DNA from: Patellaria atrata CBS 101060
Taxonomy: Eukaryota
Assembly (NCBI GenBank): GCA_010093705.1
Contig: MU006090.1
Location: forward strand, 1,019,817 to 1,083,816
Length of the DNA stretch: 64,000 nucleotides
Reading direction: 5' to 3'
Positions 39,470 to 49,316 of this stretch are shown here, piece by piece (positions within the stretch are counted from its first letter, which is position 1; each line of letters opens with the position of its first letter). A program made the translations under genes and the position numbers. Below the pieces are notes generated by a model. The model searched no databases and was not told where the DNA came from. It saw nothing but the letters and a program-made list of their open reading frames with translations.

Positions 39470-39720
39470 TTGGGTTTTGGGTTGAGCTTGTTTGGAGAGG
39501 GGGTGGTGTGGGGTTGAGCTTGATGGTGAGGTATGAAGAGTTGGGTGTGACGGTATCAAACTGTATGATAGCTGCTTGAGTGTATCCTTAGAAGAACGAC
39601 TTCTTGCTTGGAACTGGGGTATTGAAAGTGGTTGTGCAGAGGAAAGAACAAAAGGAAAATCAAGAGGCATCAGCGAGGTAGATATAGATAGGAAGACCAA
39701 GCTGTCATGCCCTACCATTA

Positions 39721-40084
39721 ACAATAGCACACCCGTGGACAGTTCACCCTGTGCCATGACTCAAGTCAAAGGGCGCATTTACCGCCCTCAGCCGAATCAA
39801 ACGTTCAATAGGAATGCAGGAAAAGGCAGTCACGTTCCTCGGGCGACAGTAGTCGGTCATTGTGACAATAGCAAAGGGCGGATGAGAAGCGTTGCTATTG
39901 TCGTTCGGTAGTGTGGTGCAACAGTCAAGACGAGGGTAACAATAGTGAATAGAAATCGACAATAGGCACCTCTCAGACATTACGATTGGTCAGAATGTAG
40001 GTGGTCAGGATGGAATCGTTAGCAAATTACTGTATTCGGTAAGGTGTCCCCGCTGTTTCATCCCATTGTTTATCTTCCTATTGT
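39721..40084. promoter_or_regulatory. Cluster of HMG-box-type motifs
   Basis: Seven (A/T)CAATAG/CTATTGT copies and two CAAAGGGCG copies in ~365 bp upstream of the 39469 gene. Confidence 0.5.
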
Positions 40085-40343
40085 CCTCCACGCCAAGTCC
40101 TTATTGACAACTTTAATGAGTGAGTGTCAGGGCCCACACAGGGCTTGGCAAGATAGCGTTAGAGTTGAACGGGAATTTTACTACGGAGAATGCTATACTA
40201 CGTGTGGAGCCTTTGATGTTGACGAGATGTCAAGACACCAGCTGTTACGGCCTCAAGTTGTAAGGAAGAGGCGAAGAAGGAAGGACCACTCGGAGGAACT
40301 GCGGGTGAAACGAGTGACGTGGGGTCACGTGACCTGGACGGCT

Positions 40344-40468
40344 CGGTCGTTCGGTCGTTCGGTCGTTCGGTCGTGCGGTCGTGAGAAACGACCAGACGAC
40401 CAATCGACCAAAGGAATGGACGTTCGGTCGTTCAGTCGTAGGAGACGACCAAACGACCAAACGACCAG
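40344..40468. repeat. 8-bp-period direct/inverted repeat array (CGGTCGTK / ACGACCAR)
   Basis: Five GGTCGT units, three (A/T)CGACC units, two (G/A)GTCGT units, then three ACGACC units. Confidence 0.85.
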
Positions 40469-41737
40469 TGCAAATAGGACTGAAGAAGGAATATTTAAGG
40501 ACGCTCCCTTACGCATATATTTAGATTCTTCGTAGTTCTTCTTACCATTGAATCTTAAGCATAGATATCTTAAGCATAGATATGGACGTTACGGTTTAGA
40601 ACTTGGCTTCACTTGTCACGTTGTTTCCATACCGCACGTCTTGTCTCATTGTGAGCATTGCCCAGGAAGTCAAGGAGTCAGCAAGTTGCATCGACAACTT
40701 GAAGTGCCGTCCGTGTTCACACACCATTCCTACCATTAACGGAACCTACCTTTGAGGTTGATCACGTTAGTGAGAAGCCTGGCGCGTCTCTAGACTTATC
40801 TTGTTCTGTCTCGACAAGTATAGACTCCCGTTGTAACACCAGCCTCCACGGCCACGAGCGGGGCTGTGCGTGATGAATAGTCACGTGATATCTAAGAGCC
40901 GTGACAGTGAGTGACAATAGGAAATATTGTTCCCGTCTTCATGATGATAATAATAATAATAATGATAATAATAATAACCAACCTTTCAGTCAAATGAGTC
41001 AAAGGGAATTCATGCATTGATCTATTAGTTATGGGACGGGATCTGTTCAGTGACAGGTATCATGAATCATGAGGGAAAGCTCATGGTCACATGAGCTAGT
41101 CTTATGTAATCAGTTCTCTTCGCTAAAATATCCACACCCCAACCCGTCGACCCAGCAACATCGACCCGTCTCCAAACATCGTATTGTATCAATAATGTTT
41201 CTGCGATCAAGTTTTAGCTGATAATTTTCATGCAAGTTCATAATGTCTGCGCTTGTTGACAAGATACATTGCCACTTTCTTTCCAGCGCGCGCTTCCCAT
41301 CCCTTGAGTAACCCTTCCCCAAATCCTGTTCACCTCTTACCCCTTTCCTTCAGCAAGTCCGGTTCGTGATCTATCAAAGTTTATCACGCTCCTTCTTAGA
41401 TTTATATCTACCGATGCTCAATTATTGGGACATTAAGCATGCGGCTCATCCCCTAGCCTATCAGGTAAACCTAGCAATAAGCTTCAATATATCCACAGCA
41501 TCCTTCCACGCGGGGCCACGCGGGGTCTATTTATTTCGTCAAATCTTTGAGATACCTTTCATATAGTTCGTGTATACATGAGGACGGCAGATAGCTCACA
41601 TGTTGCACCTTTGAGAAGAGCGTAAATATGTGTTCTCGATTTTCAACGACAGACTTACCTTAGAACTAGTTTATCCAACTTCAAGAGCGTCTTGTCGTCG
41701 AAATAGCTATCCTTCAAACCTATAGTTGAAAGAAACC

Positions 41738-42547
41738 ATGTATCAATTCCTCCTTAGGCCCATGACCATCATAGGTACCTTGATTCCCTTCACCAGAGCA
41801 GAATGTACCCGAGATTCCCTCAAATACGCAGCGGACCTCTATCTCGGATCTCAGAACTCCGGTCTCATCCAGGAGATCTTCTCTAGCGTAACATACGTAC
41901 AAAACAACAAAACAATACCAATCACGGACAGCATCCTGAAACAAGCAATGAGCATAGCCCACAACAAAACCATCGTCGACACAACCACCTGCGCAACCTA
42001 CACCGAAGTAATAATCACCGACCCCTCCAACCCCCACGTAATCGGCACACAAATCCACCACACCGTCTCCAACGGCACCAGCAAACCCACCCTCATAGAC
42101 TCCATCGTAACCGGCCCCGGCGACTGGCTCTTCAACGCGACGAAAACCCTCGCCTACATCACCGGCGAGTCCTGGGACCCGATCCCGGCCTCCGCGCAGG
42201 ACACCCGCACCACGCTCAAGTCGGCCGCGGACGCCTACCTCGATCTCTGGGGCAACCCCGACGCGCCCGTCCCCTGGGGCACGCCGTGCACGCGGCTAGA
42301 AGGCAGCGCGTACACGGGCAAGGGCGCACCGGACGATTCGTGCGCGATCGGGATCCCAGGGGGCGAGCAGCCGCCGAATACGAATAGACGGTATGTCGTG
42401 GATGAGGGTATGGGGAGTGTTAGTGTTTTGGTGGACTTTGGCGCCATGAGGAGTGGGGCGCCGGATAGTCATGAGTTCAGGCTTGAGGGGGGGAGGTTGA
42501 GGTATGTGCATACTATGACGGTTATGACTACGGGAACGGCATCGTAA
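41738..42547 (+). CDS. Secreted fungal protein of unknown function
   Basis: Signal peptide then ECTRDSLKYAADLY; DTTTCATYTE, GDWLFNA, ADAYLD, VPWGTPCTRLEG, DSHEFRLEGGRLRYVHTMT; intronless. Confidence 0.85.
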   Translation: MYQFLLRPMTIIGTLIPFTRAECTRDSLKYAADLYLGSQNSGLIQEIFSSVTYVQNNKTIPITDSILKQAMSIAHNKTIVDTTTCATYTEVIITDPSNPHVIGTQIHHTVSNGTSKPTLIDSIVTGPGDWLFNATKTLAYITGESWDPIPASAQDTRTTLKSAADAYLDLWGNPDAPVPWGTPCTRLEGSAYTGKGAPDDSCAIGIPGGEQPPNTNRRYVVDEGMGSVSVLVDFGAMRSGAPDSHEFRLEGGRLRYVHTMTVMTTGTAS

Positions 42548-43268
42548 AGGAAGGGGGGTGGGGAGGGGCCTTAAAGTTAGGCTGTATCTCTGCTTCAAGA
42601 GTGTGACTGTGATATAGAGTGTTGTCTACTGTATTTGAACTATCCAAGGGAATATGGGATGCAGGTAGGTAGACAAAAACCAGAAAAGACAAAAGGTTAC
42701 CTTGCGATATATATTCATTCATTCCTCGGCTTCCTCAAGAAGGGACCGAAAAACCCAACCCGAGACTCGGAACCCCATCAGCTACCCGTTCCCATCCCAT
42801 CCCATCCCATCCCACAATCCACGAAATCCACCCGACCTTCCTGAAACTCAAACAGCCGTAGATTATCCCCTCCACAGCTCTCACATCCCCATACTACTTC
42901 TTTAAAGGGAATCGGGACACCATCACCACCCCTACCTTTTACCACCCTTTCGTAACTTATGAGAACTGCACCATCACCACCCAACCCACACCCGACCCGA
43001 CCGTCCGGAACCCCCAGTACCCCACCAAACCGAATCCAGCCATGGCTTGATTCAAGCCAGACGTTCGACGAAACGCAATCTCGCCGTGAAAGTGAGGTCG
43101 GAATTACCCTCTCTGGGCGTGCTGCAGGTATGGCGAGGCTGCACGACATGAGGTGGACTACGGTACCTACCAATGTATGTGTGTATGTATGTGATATATC
43201 GCTAATGTGGGGGGGTGTTCGGGGAAACTGACCTGAGTTGGGAAGGAAAGAGGAAAGGGGGAAAGAGA

Positions 43269-43294
43269 GGGGGGGGGGGGGGGGGGGGGGGGGG
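43269..43294. repeat. G26 homopolymer
   Basis: 26 consecutive G inside a purine-rich tract. Confidence 0.9.
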
Positions 43295-43485
43295 TAGGTA
43301 TGGGCGGTTTGATAGTATTGGTGATTGTGATGTTGTGTGTGGATTAGATTTTAAGGATGTATGGGACTTTTTGAGCCTTGATAATCATTCCGTTTCGCAC
43401 AAAACCTTGGGGCCTAGTCTGCTCCCTTGTCCCTCACGTACCCTATATATCCAGCCTCACGCCCTCCAACACGATATCCGTACTC

Positions 43486-45337
43486 TCACACCCCAACCCC
43501 AAAAACCCTCCCAAGCAACTCCCCCGCAAACCCCCTCCCGCCCCCCTCGCCCTCCGGACTCCCCACAGCCCTCCAAATCCTATTCCCAGCGCTCACACTC
43601 AGCCAACCCCCCGTATCCCCCGGTATCTCCCCAACAACGTCATCTTCTCTTTTGCGCCGGCTGCGGCGGTCGACGATGCACATGCCGCGCGTCCACTGGC
43701 CGGAGGTCTCGATGCGGATGTCTTCGGGCGAGGAGGGGGAGAAACGCCAGGGAGTGTGGGCATGGGTGAGTGTGTACCTGTTGAGTTAGTTAGTAGGGGG
43801 GAGGGGGGAATTATAGAGGAGTGTGGGGGAGGAAGGGGTAGGGTTTGAAGGGGGGAAAGCTACCATATACAAATGGGATCGTGCAACGCTAATCCCACGG
43901 CATCGCCCTCTGCGCCTTCGTGCAGCGATTCCATCTTGTTGAATGTGGAGGTCAAGAATGCGGTTGCCCATTCTGCCAGGGGCGAGTTGACTTCGAGGAG
44001 GGGTTTTGTGGCGGCTTTGAATTGGCCACGGAGGAGCTCGTGGGGGGTTGTGATGTCTGGTCGTCGTTGGCGTTAGTGTGTCACTTGTGGTTTACGGGAT
44101 TTAGGGGGATTATGTACCGAGTGGGAATAAGGTGAGCTTGAGTTGCTTTGACAGATTCTCGGGGTAGGGTTTTAGGAACGGAGGGGGAGGATTTTCTGAT
44201 TGCTTTCCTGGTGGTGCGGGTGGGACTGGTGGCATTGTGGATGTTGGATTTGGGGATGTTAGGGCATATACTCGAGCAGCGGCAATACTATCAGCATAGG
44301 TATTGAACTCTGCTACGGGGGTGATCTGGGAGTCATTAGAAACCATTCGACAAGAAAGGCATATTCGGTAAGTTGAGGTTGGATAGGGTAAGTATACGTA
44401 CATTTCCCTCCAAATCAATAGCACCACCCATAACCACCACCTCTTTCACCCTTAGAAAAGTCTCCGTATCGGTCGCCGCCGCTATAGCAATATTAGTAAG
44501 AGGTCCAACAGCCACAATTGTAATAGTGTCTGGTTCATTATCACGAAGAACTCGTAATATCTCCTCGTGCGCCGGTAGTTTTGACGCCGTGAAGAGAGAA
44601 GCAGCGCTAGCAACGTCTTCTGCTGATTCTCCGACGCCCTGGTCTGGAAATGCAATGACGGATGCGAAGAGCTTTTTCCATGTGTCTGCTGGTGATAGAT
44701 GCGGGTGCTGTAAAGGCCGGTCAACATTCGTATTTCAAGGTAGGGCGTGAAGTCGGTATCTTACAGTGTCATGAATCCCTCCAAGTCCATCAATGCCATC
44801 TGATGATAGTCAATACTCTACAGCCTAAACCAGCACATGAGTTTACGTACGGAAATAGTCTGCCATCATCCTCTGATCCGCGAGAGGTTCATCAGCCCCA
44901 ACAGCGACTATACTAGTCAGCCAACTCATTATATAGCTTCTAAGATGATCAACATACCGATAGGTTTGCATGCCTGCAACGTCTCGAACCCCTCAGGACG
45001 TCCGTTCGCTTTTCGCCACTCGCGCTCTTTCTCAATGTGATGGAAAAGGGAGATGATGTTTCTCAAACAACTACAAAAAGACCCATTAAACAAATCAAAC
45101 CCAAAATTAACGCCATAATGCTCTTACTCTTGTACACCGACGTTACCGTGCGTTAGGGAGATCAATAAGACTTCTAACTCATCGGCTTTCGCGGAAAGCG
45201 CTAATAGTAAGGCGATGATGTCGTCCACACCCTATTATATTGTTAATGATGCTCGAAAAATCATATGGCAGACCATTGCACCAGAATGAATATCTCACAG
45301 GGTCAGTATCAATGATAATTCGGTTTGGTGGCACCAT
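43486..45337 (-). CDS. Inosine/uridine-preferring nucleoside hydrolase
   Basis: IIIDTDP|GVDD catalytic motif, LTHGNV, DGLGGIH, AVGPLTNIA, AEFNTYAD, LHDPICIWY, ETSGQWTRGMCIVDRR; several introns. Confidence 0.92.
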
Positions 45338-45860
45338 GGTTTCTATATGCCCCTTTTCAATCTAAGTTCTAAATTCCAGTAGATGATCCTTTATATGTGA
45401 TTATGTCGAAATCGACAAGTAAGAAAACAACAAACTAAAGAACAAATTACTTTGTCTTCTTTATACATGACAATCGTGCTGGAGATTCAGACGTAGTCGG
45501 GGAGATATGTGCTCATATCGCTGGAAGCCGGGCGGTGAAGTTGCTGGTTCCCCAGCTAGCATTAAAACCCCTGTTAGAGCTTTCTGGACAGCTCAGCGAG
45601 AGTATTAATACTGTAAGGTAGTAGAAACCATTTTATTGCCGATATTCACATGGAACATCGGCTGGTCTTAAATTCTAGCCATGTTGCACATATGGACAAA
45701 AAATGCCAACTATGTTTACAATCGCTCCCAATCACTCCTTATCCTTGCTTTTGGAGACTATAACGGCCCGTGCGATCTGCCCTTCAGAAAACTCGTTCAC
45801 CAGCAGCCGCTTGCTAATGCGTACAATCCTTCCCAATGTTTGTTCAATCAATCCCTTAGA

Positions 45861-47062
45861 TTAATAGACTTTCTTCTTCTCGTCGACGCTGAATTGGCCA
45901 GGCCCCATGTTGACCAACAGTAGCAAACCTCCCCTTTGAACCCATTAGCGCTCTCTATAGACATATTGATAGTTTGAACTTACACAATGGAGAGAATCTG
46001 GAAGAAATCGTACTTGGCAAAATCCTTATGGGGATGATGAGGATGTAGCTGTTCAGGTGTTAGCCGCGTGCAACTTGTAAATATACTACGAGCGATTTCT
46101 TACCGTCCAGAAGTTATTGACCAGAAGGTTGAAGATACTAAGGATAACCACAAGCATGACAGCACTCCACTTGGCCTTGAACCCGACAACGACCATGACA
46201 CAAGAAATGAACCCAAATATGCTGACCAGAATCCTCCAAAAGCTCCACTCTCCAGCGAAGACAAATCCAACAAAAAGGAAGATTAATAGTACACGGCCAG
46301 CAAGCTGGAAGTACATTTTGCGATCCTTCTCGTCAAGCTGAGGTAATCCAGCTGGAGCAAACTTCTTGCGAACCCAGGAGTCGGAGAGAACCATAAGGAG
46401 ACCGCCCATAACCGAGAGATTGCGAAGGAAAAAGTTGAGGTCGAATATCAATCCATACCCCAACGCTTGGGTAACGACCACTCCTATCAGACCACAAACA
46501 GCGTATTCGGAGTATTTTCGTAGGATGATGAGGATAGACGAGGTTGTCATTGCAACAACGTTCACTATTAGGAAGAGGTGGGTGATTCCCCAGGGTACTA
46601 GGGAACGGTTGGGTCAGTACGGAGGTCATGTCTGAACGTGTTTCGGTCCCGACTTACTGTGCCTGTAATCCTTGAGATATGTGAGCTGATCGCCCCATTG
46701 TGTCATGATTCGAAGGGCGTCTTCGAGGAATGTGACAACTATCAAAAAGCGCCCAATTGCAGGTAGATATCTAACGTGGGAGAAATGGTAAGCTTCACAA
46801 TTCTGAGAATGCCCCTGCGTTTTGAAGGGAGGGTTTTCGAAGCCAGGCAAATAATCGATTACAGAAGGCTTTAGGATTTGCATTGGGGGGCTCACGGTTT
46901 AAGCGGGTCTGAAAGTGTATCCAGAAAATCTTCGATCTTGCTTGTCTGTTCCCGAATGGTATCTAGAGGACTAGGATCGTTGGTCGCATCTACCCTCCCA
47001 GGTCCCCCGAAAGGGTTCTGGTTACCCAAATGGTAACCCGCCGTTCCTCTTATCTGCGACAT
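45861..47062 (-). CDS. ERV29: ER cargo receptor Erv29/SURF4
   Basis: YLPAIGRFLIVVTFLEDALRI, FFLRNLSVMGGLLM, KYDFFQILSI, C-terminal GPGQFSVDEKKKVY (KKxx). Confidence 0.95.
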
Positions 47063-48011
47063 GATCGCGGCGATATGAATAGTCAACAAGTGGAGGTTAG
47101 TCGCAGGTTTGGTTGCAAGGAGCGACTTGGAGGAATGTTGGTCTTATGCTTTTGTACTGTACAGCAACCTAAGCAACCCTAAAGAGTCTCGAAATGTGGC
47201 CTGTGCCAAGAATTTCACTGAAAACGGCCTGATGCCGATTGTGGATAGAGAAAAGGCGCCACAGCAGCTCAACACCATCACTAACTTGTAATAGGATGGT
47301 AATTAACACTTTGCAGCCAATTGTTTACAGAATTCTTGCACATGCATATGTAAGATGAGCTTCTCGTGCGGATTCCACATTAGGCATATTGCATGAATTC
47401 ACATGATGATATCACTCAGGTTAACCCCACGCTTATACGGGGAATATGGAAAACAATAACATTCTGTTTAGTTCTACGCTTTGCGTTGGTACCGTGCCGG
47501 TTCCTGTATTGGATTTCTCCTATCTTTGCCCAAATAACTCTCACTGCTGATCAGGTACTGGAAAAGTAGTTGGGTTCGAGATAAAGGGTCCCGATCCTGA
47601 GAGTGAAAAATTCGAAGAGACGTCTCAAACTCGCCTAGCAGCAGCCTTGAGCATGCCGGTATGTGAAGGTGACATCCTATCAGACTCTGATACTTTAGAC
47701 GGAAAAAACTAAAGAAAAGCAACAACACCATTTCTCCAGATGCAAACTAGTGTACAGTGCCCAAGTAGTTGGCTCTAGGCATGTGTGCCAATACGCTGAG
47801 ATGGCCGATGTGTGGATGTGAACCAAGGAATATGAAATTTGCTCTTTATAGAACCCTCCGCACGTTTTTGTGTACGATACGCACGTTTGATCTAGTACCC
47901 CACGAAAAGAAAAAAAGTACATGAGATATGTCGACCTAACGTGAAGAAATACCTCCTGGGCAAACCTGTCCAGAGCGGACAATGCCATAGTAATGTGAGT
48001 CCCCCAGGTGT

Positions 48012-49316
48012 TTAGACCACCGCCCAGTCAGAATCGTTGGGATGAGAAGAGTTCTTAAACTTCTCTAAGGCTTCTTTAGTATCATTGCTCAACTGAGCAG
48101 AGAAACCACTCGCGGGTTTGGCTTTAGGTGGAGCTGGAGCTGGAGCTGGAGCTGGAGCTGGAGCTGGAGCTGGAGCCGGAGCCGACCATTTTTTCTGGGA
48201 GGGTTCTTCAGCGGCAGTTTCCGTAGGTGTATCAACTTGCTTCTTCTTTCCCTTCTTTCCCTTGGGAACGGTGTTCCAAGATGCATCGTTGTCCATTTCG
48301 TTGAGCAAGCGCATCTGTTCTTCTTCAGATGGCATGTCGCGCTCCCAATTAGTGCTAGCAGTCGTTGCTGATGTATTGCTTGCAAGAGGTCCACTTGAGC
48401 TTGTTGTGGAGATACCATCATGCTCGAAAGTATCTAACAATGGAGCATCAGTGGATGCTGTGGATGCTACCGGAGTACCATTGCTCCAAGCATTTTGAGA
48501 TGGCGCAGGTGCGGAAGCTAATCCATTCTTTGCCGGCTCACCACGACTTTCCCTGGCTAGACGCATCTGCTTCTCCTGAAGAGCGCGACGAACTTTCTCA
48601 TCTTCCGCGCGCTGAGCTTTCTCCTGCTCCTTCTTTTTGCGGTTCTGACGTTGTTTCTTCGTCTCTTCAACCTGCGCTAGACGTTGCTGTTGTTGCTGTT
48701 TGACGCGAGCTGGCTGGTTTGATTCAATTACACGGAGGACGGAAGGTCCTGCAGAGGGTGCCTCCAGCATGTCAGAGACATCTTTACCGCTAGCGAGGTT
48801 CTGGGATCGTGTCGGGGACGCATCGTCGTCAGCATCCGCACCCTCAGAGGATGACGCCACCGAAAACTCTTGACGAGCGGAAGGTTTGACTGTCTTAGTG
48901 CGAGAGTCAGACCTCACAGGAGCCGTAAGGGAAGTCCCTTTCTTGAGTCCCGCTAGTTGGCGAGCCCACTCCTTATCACCAGTATCGTCATCATTTTCGT
49001 CTGTATGAGATGCGGTAACTGCGGCGTAAGAGGGTTCACTTGGGGTCTGTTTCCCCTGCTTTCGACCTCTAGTTTGCTCACTCGAATTTGCTCCATCACT
49101 GGATGCCCCTGTAGTTCGAGTGGTGCTTTCAGCTGCACCACCTTGTTTCCTCTTTGCTTTTGTTTCTTCACGTTTTCGTATGGGCCTGGAAACCACCTCT
49201 TCTAAAGTCTGTGCTGTTCGGATAGCACGCCCCTTAGGTTTATCCTGAGACGTGTAGTAGTAGTACCCAGCTCCGCCTACAAGGAGGATAACAGCCCAAG
49301 ACTGCCATGGCTCCAT
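48012..49316 (-). CDS. Hypothetical protein with N-terminal membrane anchor and charged coiled coil
   Basis: Intronless 434-aa ORF; N-terminal WAVILLVGGAGYYYY; ETKKQRQNRKKKE..EKQMR..RE coiled coil; (PA)n tract. Confidence 0.8.
   Translation of the reverse strand: MEPWQSWAVILLVGGAGYYYYTSQDKPKGRAIRTAQTLEEVVSRPIRKREETKAKRKQGGAAESTTRTTGASSDGANSSEQTRGRKQGKQTPSEPSYAAVTASHTDENDDDTGDKEWARQLAGLKKGTSLTAPVRSDSRTKTVKPSARQEFSVASSSEGADADDDASPTRSQNLASGKDVSDMLEAPSAGPSVLRVIESNQPARVKQQQQQRLAQVEETKKQRQNRKKKEQEKAQRAEDEKVRRALQEKQMRLARESRGEPAKNGLASAPAPSQNAWSNGTPVASTASTDAPLLDTFEHDGISTTSSSGPLASNTSATTASTNWERDMPSEEEQMRLLNEMDNDASWNTVPKGKKGKKKQVDTPTETAAEEPSQKKWSAPAPAPAPAPAPAPAPAPPKAKPASGFSAQLSNDTKEALEKFKNSSHPNDSDWAVV
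48130..48183. repeat. Coding hexamer microsatellite (GGAGCT)7 plus two variant units, encoding (PA)n
   Basis: Direct read of the sequence. Confidence 0.9.

Noticed and set aside
39470..39980. Upstream extension (from 39757) and short ORFs 5' of the hypothetical gene
   Set aside because: The sequence is pyrimidine-rich and UTR/promoter-like and overlaps the motif cluster; ATG 39469 is preferred.
40344..40468. CRISPR-like array
   Set aside because: Units are 8 bp with no unique spacers, there are no cas genes, and the context is eukaryotic.
42778..43231. Possible small minus-strand gene (..KEVVWGCESCGGDNLRLFEF..)
   Set aside because: No credible start or first exon was found, and low-complexity C/G tracts produce open frames. 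It cannot be excluded without RNA-seq.
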